IMG/VR virus record: IMGVR_UViG_3300030419_008158
Location: 124,001 to 188,000 of that record
Reading direction: 5' to 3' (one strand)
DNA length: 64,000 nt
Under the pieces are notes generated by a model that saw only the letters and a list, made by a program, of their open reading frames with translations, made no database searches and had not been told where the DNA came from. Each line of letters begins with the position of its first letter. Positions within the stretch are counted from its first letter, which is position 1. A program made the translations under genes and the position numbers. Shown in pieces: positions 56,406-63,999 of this stretch.

Positions 56406-58499
56406 CTACTCAGGATTGCAAATCTCAGAAAGAATTTGCATTAAAGAGCCGTACATTTGTGTAGCGTTGCTAGACAGTTGAAAATACTCACCTGAACATG
56501 TGGAAGCAATTTCATCCCACTCCCATGATTCGTTAGTAGAAAAAGTGTATATCTTGGTTTTGGGCGCACTGATACAAGCATTTTTTATCTGCTCTACAGA
56601 AATCTCAGGTATCATGTAGCTTTGCTCTTCTTCATCGCTGAACACGATAATGATTTTATCAGCAGTCGGTCTCCAGCCAATTGTAAACACGTCTTTTGGT
56701 GGGATTGACTCACCGACATCTGTGTCCCACTCTGTTGCACTCATATCCATGTTTGCACCAGAAGAAATATTATGCAAAGACAAGTATATTCCATCAAGAA
56801 GCATCTCACTTCCTGTGTTCATTCCGTCGCTTCCAAGCGCAGCAAATGCTGCTAGAAAGTCCGGAAAGGGTGCAATATCTGACACTAGAATTAATCTTTC
56901 TTCAAATTCTCCTGCAAGTTGTTTCGGACCAACAATAAGACCCCAGTGTAACTTATCTTCAAGGGAATAGTAGGCAGCAAATTGATTTAATGCAATTAGA
57001 ACAGCTTCGATTTCATCAATCATCGAGCCAGACCAATCGATAACAAAAAGAATATCAGTTTCTGGTACTTCTTTTCCCCAGTCAACTTGTCCATCACAGT
57101 CATCATCAATTCCGTTACATTCTTCCGGCTTGGGTAGTACTTGATCTGCGCACATATTATCGATAAAGATATTATCTGACGTGTATGAACCCCAGGATCC
57201 CATATTGCACGTCATATTGCCTGCTTCGCAGATTCCTATGCCTAAAGTACCCTCTGGGCCTGTGTAACAATCTGCAATAAGACCCTCATCAATAAGAGTG
57301 TTGCAGTTGTCATCAAAGTTATTACACTTCTCTTCATTTAGAGGCATACCGACCAAGGAGTCACAAGCTGGGTCTGAGCCGGGAGGATCAACTAGCCAGT
57401 GGCAAATAGCGTAGCAAGGTGATAGAACAATCTCTTCACACCCAGGATCATTACAAAGACATGTCTTATATCCCTGGCCGCACAAGAGTGGCGGCTCAAA
57501 ACAGGGTAGAAGCTTTCCAACGTCTTGCACTGTGCATAGACACTCTATTCCATCGTCTATCAAGCCGTTACAATCGTCATCAAACCCGTTGCAAATCTCA
57601 GGCATTGGTTGCTTGGCTGTGCAACCACTCCAGTTTCCTGCGACGCAGACTTTGACCCCGACACCACATGCCGTGCTACACTCTTCTATTAGCTCATCAT
57701 CAACAAACCCATTGCAATCATTGTCGATCCCGTCGCATTCTTCAGCCGGAACTGCTCCGCACTCATCGCATGCGTTTCTTTGACCTTCGTCAATTTCACC
57801 ATCACAGTCATTGTCTGCATAATCACAAATTTCTTCTTGAGGTATGGGCCCGTAACAGACAAAGACACCGTCTTCACATATGGCATTCCCAGGCCCACAC
57901 TCATTTTCACAGGGTTCCACACCGATATCTTCGTCTGTAAGGCTATCACAGTCATTATCTTGTCCGTCACAAATTTCTTCTGTGCAGTCTTGACAGTCTG
58001 AAAAGTAAAGCTTGCCCTTGTCACAAACAACGTTTTGTTTACCGAGGGACCCATCTTCCATTTCACAATACTGCCACCCATAATCTAATGTCTGTGCACC
58101 TGGAGGACACTCGTATGCTTCGTAACATTCTCCCATAAAAAGAATTTGAGGTGGATCACATTCGTTTATTCCTAGAGGTTTACAAGGAACGTCTGAATCG
58201 TGACAAAAGTTTAGAACGACCTGCTTCTTCTCCATTGTAGGTTCACCGAATACAGGTGGACAAAACCATTCTTGTGTTTCACAACACTGAGGTTTGCAGC
58301 TGCACCACATAAACTGATCCTCTATTGTGATAGTTGCACAGGGATCTACATCTTCGGGAGGTGTGTCTGGTGTGTCGACATTCCTGGGATCTGTATCTAT
58401 TACAACTTGTGTGCTAGAAACATCTACCGGACTGCCACGGTCGTCGGCACAACCAACAACAAATAATAACGTAAGCGCCAGTGAGACAATTTTATTCAT
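56406..58499 (-). CDS. Lipoprotein with six Cys/Asp-rich (MopE-like) repeats and a C-terminal vWA domain
   Basis: MNKIVSLALTLLFVVGC lipobox; 6 x E.C.G.D.DC.G..DE; DILFVIDWSGSM MIDAS; FSDEE. Confidence 0.82.
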   Translation of the reverse strand: MNKIVSLALTLLFVVGCADDRGSPVDVSSTQVVIDTDPRNVDTPDTPPEDVDPCATITIEDQFMWCSCKPQCCETQEWFCPPVFGEPTMEKKQVVLNFCHDSDVPCKPLGINECDPPQILFMGECYEAYECPPGAQTLDYGWQYCEMEDGSLGKQNVVCDKGKLYFSDCQDCTEEICDGQDNDCDSLTDEDIGVEPCENECGPGNAICEDGVFVCYGPIPQEEICDYADNDCDGEIDEGQRNACDECGAVPAEECDGIDNDCNGFVDDELIEECSTACGVGVKVCVAGNWSGCTAKQPMPEICNGFDDDCNGLIDDGIECLCTVQDVGKLLPCFEPPLLCGQGYKTCLCNDPGCEEIVLSPCYAICHWLVDPPGSDPACDSLVGMPLNEEKCNNFDDNCNTLIDEGLIADCYTGPEGTLGIGICEAGNMTCNMGSWGSYTSDNIFIDNMCADQVLPKPEECNGIDDDCDGQVDWGKEVPETDILFVIDWSGSMIDEIEAVLIALNQFAAYYSLEDKLHWGLIVGPKQLAGEFEERLILVSDIAPFPDFLAAFAALGSDGMNTGSEMLLDGIYLSLHNISSGANMDMSATEWDTDVGESIPPKDVFTIGWRPTADKIIIVFSDEEEQSYMIPEISVEQIKNACISAPKTKIYTFSTNESWEWDEIASTCSGEYFQLSSNATQMYGSLMQILSEICNPE

Positions 58500-58563
58500 G
58501 CTATGTTAAACATTATAAAATTGTCGAAACAGTAAAAAGAAAAATTATCTAATAGTCAAATGA

Positions 58564-59967
58564 TTACACTTTGATTCTATCAATTGTCTGTGGATAGCTT
58601 ACAGCAATATCTTTGTAAAGCTTCTTCATCACTGCTTTCGTAATATTTGCCAGCTCTTCTTTTGTTGCTTTGTTCTTAAGAATTTTCTCTACTTCTGTCT
58701 TGATGGTTTTTTGCAGATCTTTTCCAACAACTTTTGTAATTTCTTTTTGTGCTTCTTTTCTAGAAATCCTTTCGATTTCTTTCATGTCTGTTTTGGTAAA
58801 TTTTTCTACCAAAAGTATCTCTCTTACATGTCTTCTAAAGCGAAGCTCTTCTTGGATATAGCTTTGAGCAATTCGACTATATCCTGCTGCAAGCCTAAGC
58901 TTTTGTTCGGGAGGTTGTTCTCTAGACAACCCTAGTTTATCAATGATAAGGGAGATCACTTCTTGCATGTCATCTCTAGTCAGACCCCTAACATACGCTT
59001 TTACTTGCTGCATAAATTGTTTTCTGTCAGCCGGCTCAGCAAACGCTCGATCCTCAGACCCAACTGTTTTCATTAGATTTTTTGCAGTTTTTTCGAAAAG
59101 TTGATCCGGATCCATAACTTCCAAAGATGCTATTTGAGATCCTGCGCCCTCAGTTTGACCACCTTCAGAGTTTTGACCATCCGACCCTAAAATTATCTCC
59201 ATATTCTTCTTGTTTAGGCGCCCATCAGACATGCCAAGTTTTTTTACTAGCTGCTTCTTGACTGCTTTAATAAGATCGTCAGCATCAGCCGGCTTTTTTG
59301 TAAGAGCATCTAAAAGTCTGTTTCGAAGATTTTCTAAAGGTTTACCCTGGGTTATCTCTACGGGTTCTTGTGGAAGATGTTTTACGATATTGTTTACAAC
59401 TCCCTCTCTGCTGATTGGTGCAGTCACGTGCCCCCAACGAATTATAACATTTTCGTCGTTTCCAGTTTTTATGACCCCGATATTACCTAGCATTTTCTTA
59501 TCAGGTTCTTTTATGATAAGTGCAAGAATAGATTCAATTTTTGGCGAGGAGCTTGATGTGGCTGCAGAAAAATTATCGTCTGCACGATATGAAGAAAAAG
59601 AAGACTTGACAGAATAGTAAACACCGTCCTTATCAGCATCATAAAAAGTTGTGACACCTGCACTACCTTGATCTTCTACACCAAAACCCCAAAACTGGAG
59701 CATTTTTTCGGCAATTGACTGCCACGCATTTTTATTCCCGCTCTCAGTCGCAACAGAGTGAACTAATTCATTGAATACCAGAACCTCTGAAAGCAGCTTA
59801 TCAGCGTCACCAGCTCGGGCAATATTCTCAGCGTATTTTGGTATATTGATATCGTATGCTACTGGAATATCAACACTGACACTCCCAGCAGCGCCTGCAT
59901 CCATTTTCAATACTTTTTCGGATAAGATTACATTTCTTATCCAAGACTTTAAGAGCCTCTTTTTCAT
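58564..59967 (-). CDS. Hypothetical protein with leader-like N-terminus and internal leader-like module
   Basis: Start moved to 59967 (MKKRLLKSWIRNVILSE); late segment LRFRRHVREILLVE. Confidence 0.7.
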   Translation of the reverse strand: MKKRLLKSWIRNVILSEKVLKMDAGAAGSVSVDIPVAYDINIPKYAENIARAGDADKLLSEVLVFNELVHSVATESGNKNAWQSIAEKMLQFWGFGVEDQGSAGVTTFYDADKDGVYYSVKSSFSSYRADDNFSAATSSSSPKIESILALIIKEPDKKMLGNIGVIKTGNDENVIIRWGHVTAPISREGVVNNIVKHLPQEPVEITQGKPLENLRNRLLDALTKKPADADDLIKAVKKQLVKKLGMSDGRLNKKNMEIILGSDGQNSEGGQTEGAGSQIASLEVMDPDQLFEKTAKNLMKTVGSEDRAFAEPADRKQFMQQVKAYVRGLTRDDMQEVISLIIDKLGLSREQPPEQKLRLAAGYSRIAQSYIQEELRFRRHVREILLVEKFTKTDMKEIERISRKEAQKEITKVVGKDLQKTIKTEVEKILKNKATKEELANITKAVMKKLYKDIAVSYPQTIDRIKV

Positions 59968-59968
59968 T

Positions 59969-60565
59969 TTAGAAAAGCTCTTCATTTTTTGGGTCATGCT
60001 TGACCAGAATCTTCTTCATAACAGCAACTTGTTTATCTGACATGCGTCTGCCGGATTTCATTTGATCTGCGAGGCTTTGCAAGAAATTATTGGTCTTAAC
60101 AGACAGGTAATCTTCGATAGCTGCTAATTGTTTCCCTCTTACAGAGCCGGCCATTGGAGGTATATTTTTTCTTCGCCTCCATGGCGGACTAGTCCCGAGA
60201 TAAGTCTCACCACCATATTTTTGACCAAAGGCTGCACCTCTGCGCGATACGTTACCTTCATCATCGTAGATATTACCCTCGGCGTCGACGTATTGTTCGT
60301 ATTCCAGCAGCATTAATTCACGACGAACAATGCGTCGAAGTTCATTCTCAGAAAGAAGTGGTTCTTGAGCTGGAAGAGACTCCGGAGATTTTGTAGTAGC
60401 TTCAGACCCTACAGCCTTTGAGTGATCTATGTCTAACTCTAGATTTTTTGCTGTACCCTCAATGTCTCCGGACCACGCATCTTCAACGGGCTCCACATCA
60501 GAAGGGTGTTCTTCATCTAGCATTTCTAAGATAATTTTTTTGAGCTGCTTTTTTGTAATTTTCAC
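59969..60565 (-). CDS. Leader-bearing multi-module hypothetical protein
   Basis: GTG start at 60565 with GGAG SD (MKITKKQLKKIILE); second LSENELRRIVRRELMLLE module. Confidence 0.75.
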   Translation of the reverse strand: MKITKKQLKKIILEMLDEEHPSDVEPVEDAWSGDIEGTAKNLELDIDHSKAVGSEATTKSPESLPAQEPLLSENELRRIVRRELMLLEYEQYVDAEGNIYDDEGNVSRRGAAFGQKYGGETYLGTSPPWRRRKNIPPMAGSVRGKQLAAIEDYLSVKTNNFLQSLADQMKSGRRMSDKQVAVMKKILVKHDPKNEELF

Positions 60566-60581
60566 TTTAGAATCTCCATTC

Positions 60582-60920
60582 TTAAATAAAGGCACCTAGT
60601 TCTATTTCGGTTGCTCTGTCTTCTGCCCACTCCTCTATGTCGAGTGGACCGATAAAGCCGTTCTGCGGGGGTGTGTAGTCAAGCCATGTTCGATTCGGGG
60701 CACCGGCGCGCTGTGCTAGGTCGTCTAGATCTTCAAATCCAAGACCTCTCTGGTCCAGCCACTCTCCCCAACCATGCATGAGCTTCTCGTCCGTTTTTTG
60801 TTCACCCTCCCCACCGGGTGCATAGTAATCTTCTTCACCGGGAGGAGCAGAGAAATCTCTATCATCATCGGCCCATGCTTCCCTGATGATTCGCCTGAGC
60901 TGTCGCTTAGTGATTCTCAT
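60582..60920 (-). CDS. Leader-bearing hypothetical protein
   Basis: MRITKRQLRRIIRE followed by an acidic body. Confidence 0.8.
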   Translation of the reverse strand: MRITKRQLRRIIREAWADDDRDFSAPPGEEDYYAPGGEGEQKTDEKLMHGWGEWLDQRGLGFEDLDDLAQRAGAPNRTWLDYTPPQNGFIGPLDIEEWAEDRATEIELGAFI

Positions 60921-60924
60921 ATGA

Positions 60925-61149
60925 TCATCTGCCTCTGCGCAAGACTTTAACAGTTACGCCCTTGACATCACCGGTCATAATATAAAGTTCGCCGGGTGCA
61001 TCACCTTTTTCAACAGTTGCCACCCCTTTGTTTATTCTATTCTGTAAATCAGCTGCCAATCTTTCTGGAGTCTCCTCCAGATCAGGTAAGTGACTTGCAT
61101 CTAGCATTTCCTGAATGATTTGTTTTAGCTTTTTCTTTGAGATTTTCAT
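60925..61149 (-). CDS. Leader-bearing hypothetical protein
   Basis: Start moved to 61149 (TAATG overlap); MKISKKKLKQIIQE. Confidence 0.8.
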   Translation of the reverse strand: MKISKKKLKQIIQEMLDASHLPDLEETPERLAADLQNRINKGVATVEKGDAPGELYIMTGDVKGVTVKVLRRGR

Positions 61150-61412
61150 TATCTCATCCTCTGAATTTTTTCTAACATTAGATTCTTGCATTCTCTCTTG
61201 ATTCCGGGTGAGCGAAAGCTGCCACCAATACGCACAGCCTCGCTGATACAATGCTGGATCAGTTCGTCGATGGACATTTCAACATGTGCTAAGAGGTCTG
61301 ATCTTGCTTCATCTTCATCAGCAGAGATTGTGCCATCAGGATTCATTTCATTGAGAATCTTGACTTTCTCTTCTTTAATAATTCTTCTGAGTTGCTTCTT
61401 TGTGATTTTCAT
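61149..61412 (-). CDS. Leader-bearing hypothetical protein
   Basis: MKITKKQLRRIIKEE; GGGAG SD. Confidence 0.8.
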   Translation of the reverse strand: MKITKKQLRRIIKEEKVKILNEMNPDGTISADEDEARSDLLAHVEMSIDELIQHCISEAVRIGGSFRSPGIKRECKNLMLEKIQRMR

Positions 61413-61414
61413 TG

Positions 61415-62140
61415 TTATCTCCCGCTAACCTTTCTATACATCGCCTTATGAAGAGAATTAACCATAGGTTCAAGGTCTGTCCCGTACAACACAGGCATAA
61501 CCCTGTCTTCAAGATCATAAATGGCTTGTTGTATTTTTGCGTTATTTTGAAGTTCGTATTGCTCTGCGTTGGCGTCTTCTTGTAGCTCTTCTTTGATAAT
61601 TCTTCTGAGTTGTCGTTTTGTGATCTTCATTCTGTTTTTTCCTTCAATCTTATATTCGTCGCGACCTACTTCAAAATCTTCATCATCTGGCTCTTCGATG
61701 CCAGCGGCTATAGCCTTTTTGTTTTCTACATCCGCTACGGGGGAATCATCAGCGACGTAACCCACACCAGTATTACTTGCAGGTGAAACGTCGTATGGAG
61801 GTTTCGGTGCCGGATTCTTACTGAGTGACGGGTGTCCGGCATAGAGGCTCCAGTCGATTGGCTCGTCGACAGGCACCTCTACTTTTGGGCCGAACCTTTG
61901 ATTATCCGGATGGTAGTTATCCTCCGCGACGCCTCGGGCCGCCTGGTCAGCGGTTTGAAACATATGATTTAGAGACCCAACTCCCATAAACGGCCGGCCC
62001 TGCGCCTTGCCCAGCCAGTCGGTGGCCGCTTGTTTTGACCCCTTTGCCGGCCAGAATGGTGCGTGCTTATCTCGCCTCTCGAGAAGACGGGCCTTCTCTT
62101 CTTTGATGATTCTTCTGAGTTGTCGCTTTGAGATTCTCAT
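61415..62140 (-). CDS. Leader-bearing hypothetical protein with a second complete internal leader
   Basis: MRISKRQLRRIIKEE; in-frame MKITKRQLRRIIKEE from ATG 61630. Confidence 0.8.
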   Translation of the reverse strand: MRISKRQLRRIIKEEKARLLERRDKHAPFWPAKGSKQAATDWLGKAQGRPFMGVGSLNHMFQTADQAARGVAEDNYHPDNQRFGPKVEVPVDEPIDWSLYAGHPSLSKNPAPKPPYDVSPASNTGVGYVADDSPVADVENKKAIAAGIEEPDDEDFEVGRDEYKIEGKNRMKITKRQLRRIIKEELQEDANAEQYELQNNAKIQQAIYDLEDRVMPVLYGTDLEPMVNSLHKAMYRKVSGR

Positions 62141-62143
62141 TAT

Positions 62144-62344
62144 CTATGCTTCTGCCTCTATAGTACCTTGTTCATATCCAGCATCATACGCCTGTGGATA
62201 TGTTGAGCGATCAGCATCGTTTGGATACCCCTGATAAGCATCATCATACCCGCGATCGTACTCTTGATCTTCATCCCTGTTGGGGCTCATCATTCTAATC
62301 TCTTCCTTGATGATCCTTCGCAGTTGTCGCTTGGTGATTCTCAC
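62144..62344 (-). CDS. Leader-bearing small acidic protein
   Basis: GTG start with GAGGA SD; MRITKRQLRRIIKEE; YDxGY repeats. Confidence 0.78.
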   Translation of the reverse strand: MRITKRQLRRIIKEEIRMMSPNRDEDQEYDRGYDDAYQGYPNDADRSTYPQAYDAGYEQGTIEAEA

Positions 62345-62357
62345 GGTTTATCCTCTT

Positions 62358-62966
62358 TTAAGCTCTAAAGGCATCTCGAACATAGTCGGTTGCGTAGTCA
62401 ACGGCAGATTCCTTTTCGCCCTCAGACTCGGCGTACTCAATATTAGCAAGGGCATCGAGTGCCTCATCAACCTCAAACCCCGTACCCAAGTTTCGAACCA
62501 TGTCTTCCAATTGAGCCAATGTTGCTGAATCGTTAGGGTTTCGTGATAGCTTGCTCAGCAGATCACTAGCTTGATCGTAAGTTGCTCGGCCACCAGATCG
62601 ATTGTCGTCTACTACGTCCTGCACAAATGCGATCATTTGGTCAATAGGTTGTGATGGAGTATCAGAGTCTTCTTCGGAAACTGTGTGATAGCCTGCAGCT
62701 TTAAGAGTGTTTAGCGACTGCAACTGTGCTTCAACACCGTCACGGGGCACCGGGCCGCCACCAAACTGCCTAGCAACATCATCATCGGTCATTGCGACGT
62801 TATTTCCGTCTAGATACCAAAAACCCTGTGCTAAATCAGCATGACCCTTTTTGTCCATCTGCTCCATCAATCTTCTGCGCACAATTCTACGAATCTTCTG
62901 CTCAGCCAGAACTTTGGCTTTCTCTTCTTTGATGATTTGTCTTAGTTGTCGCTTGGAGATTTTCAT
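62358..62966 (-). CDS. Hypothetical protein with extended double leader
   Basis: MKISKRQLRQIIKEEKAKVLAEQKIRRIVRRRLMEQ; AAGGA SD. Confidence 0.8.
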   Translation of the reverse strand: MKISKRQLRQIIKEEKAKVLAEQKIRRIVRRRLMEQMDKKGHADLAQGFWYLDGNNVAMTDDDVARQFGGGPVPRDGVEAQLQSLNTLKAAGYHTVSEEDSDTPSQPIDQMIAFVQDVVDDNRSGGRATYDQASDLLSKLSRNPNDSATLAQLEDMVRNLGTGFEVDEALDALANIEYAESEGEKESAVDYATDYVRDAFRA

Positions 62967-62981
62967 GTTGTTTTTTCCTTC

Positions 62982-63371
62982 TTACGTCATCTCGACAAAT
63001 TCGTCAAAGTCACCAGCTGCGTAAGGATCACCCCCTGCATACCAGTTGACAAACCAGTCCTTGAGCATTCCAACATCACCCGCGACGTCGAGCATGCTGT
63101 ACCCGCTTGGGCCGGTCCCCCTGTCTGTAAATCTCAGACCACGATATCGGGGGTTTCTTGTCATCTGCTTGAATGGACCACTCTCATCACGTATTTCCCC
63201 GTGTTCGTCCATCATGTCTAGGCCTCGAATTATTCCCTGTTGACCGGTTGGCTCAGCTGGTCCTCGCATCTTGATAGCTTGTTCAGCGATACGACGGACC
63301 TTCTGTTCAGCCAGGACCTTGGCTTTCTCTTCTTTGATAATTCTTCGAAGCTGTTTCTTTGTGATTCTCAT
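62982..63371 (-). CDS. Hypothetical protein with extended double leader
   Basis: Start moved to 63371 (TAATG); MRITKKQLRRIIKEEKAKVLAEQKVRRIAEQ. Confidence 0.8.
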   Translation of the reverse strand: MRITKKQLRRIIKEEKAKVLAEQKVRRIAEQAIKMRGPAEPTGQQGIIRGLDMMDEHGEIRDESGPFKQMTRNPRYRGLRFTDRGTGPSGYSMLDVAGDVGMLKDWFVNWYAGGDPYAAGDFDEFVEMT

Positions 63372-63784
63372 TAGAAAAAAGCTCCTATTATGTTTAGCCA
63401 TGTGTCAAGGGTAAATCTGTCGCCGGCATCTGGGTCCATTTCGTCCGCAAGCTCATCGTCCCTGACATGCGTTACACCGTATGTGGATCTAAGCCAGTTG
63501 GCCAGCGCGACATGATCAGCCTTTGAGTCCAGATCTCCTTCCCACCAGACTGTCTTAATGCCTGGCTTGAGCTCAGGATGTGAGTCTGGGTATTGAATTA
63601 CAATACCGGAATTTTCAAGAGTACCAAGGCCGCTGGGAGGCGATCTGTAGTCTATCACTAGTGTTTCACCACCAGCCTGCTCCAATAGTTTCCTGCGGAC
63701 AATTCGACGGACCTTCTGCTCAGCCAGAACTTTGGTCTTCTCTTCTTTGACTATTCTTCTAAGTTGTCTTTTTGTGATTTTCAT
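63371..63784 (-). CDS. Hypothetical protein with extended double leader
   Basis: Start moved to 63784 (AAGGA SD); MKITKRQLRRIVKEEKTKVLAEQKVRRIVRRKLLEQ. Confidence 0.8.
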   Translation of the reverse strand: MKITKRQLRRIVKEEKTKVLAEQKVRRIVRRKLLEQAGGETLVIDYRSPPSGLGTLENSGIVIQYPDSHPELKPGIKTVWWEGDLDSKADHVALANWLRSTYGVTHVRDDELADEMDPDAGDRFTLDTWLNIIGAFF

Positions 63785-63795
63785 TCTGTATCCTT

Positions 63796-63912
63796 TTATG
63801 CTACGTTGCACTTGCCCAGGCAGCTCTCACACGAGCAACAACCGCAGCAGCAGCAGCAGTGTGAAGATTTAAATAAGTTGCGTAGACGATGAAAAAATAG
63901 ATTTGCTGACAT
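63796..63912 (-). CDS. 38-aa Cys-rich, metallothionein-like peptide
   Basis: Not in the ORF track. CAGGAG SD 8 nt before ATG 63912; MSANLFFHRLRNLFKSSHCCCCCGCCSCESCLGKCNVA*; 10 Cys. Confidence 0.7.
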   Translation of the reverse strand: MSANLFFHRLRNLFKSSHCCCCCGCCSCESCLGKCNVA

Positions 63913-63945
63913 GGCGTCATCTCCTGTGGTTTGTATTACGAGATG

Positions 63946-63953
63946 TAAATATC
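63946..63953 (-). promoter_or_regulatory. GATANTTA putative late-promoter motif
   Basis: GATATTTA 33 nt upstream of ATG 63912. Confidence 0.5.
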
Positions 63954-63958
63954 ACAGT

Positions 63959-63999
63959 GCGGAGAAAATGCCGCTTGCGGCGAGATCATTTTTCTCCGC
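63959..63999. other. Stem-loop at the window edge
   Basis: gcggagaaaatg ... catttttctccgc outer arms (one bulge) enclosing gccgc-tt-gcggc. Confidence 0.5.

Noticed and set aside
58512-58517. TATAAT upstream of the lipoprotein gene as a host sigma70 promoter
   Set aside because: No matching -35 or extended -10 at the correct spacing, and the hexamer is common in AT-rich DNA.
1580-63243. Numerous short plus-strand ORFs and nested alternative-frame minus-strand ORFs
   Set aside because: They are shadows of longer motif-bearing genes, with no SD or recognisable domains. Long antisense frames over the fibres are expected from their Gly/Ser/Thr codon bias.
63844-63858. (gca)5 microsatellite
   Set aside because: It is the run of five TGC Cys codons in the 38-aa peptide; slippage-based variation cannot be shown here.
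63801-63920. Alternative Ala-rich frame from ATG 63920 (MTPCQQIYFF...)
   Set aside because: That ATG abuts the GGAG with no spacer, whereas ATG 63912 has 8-nt spacing.
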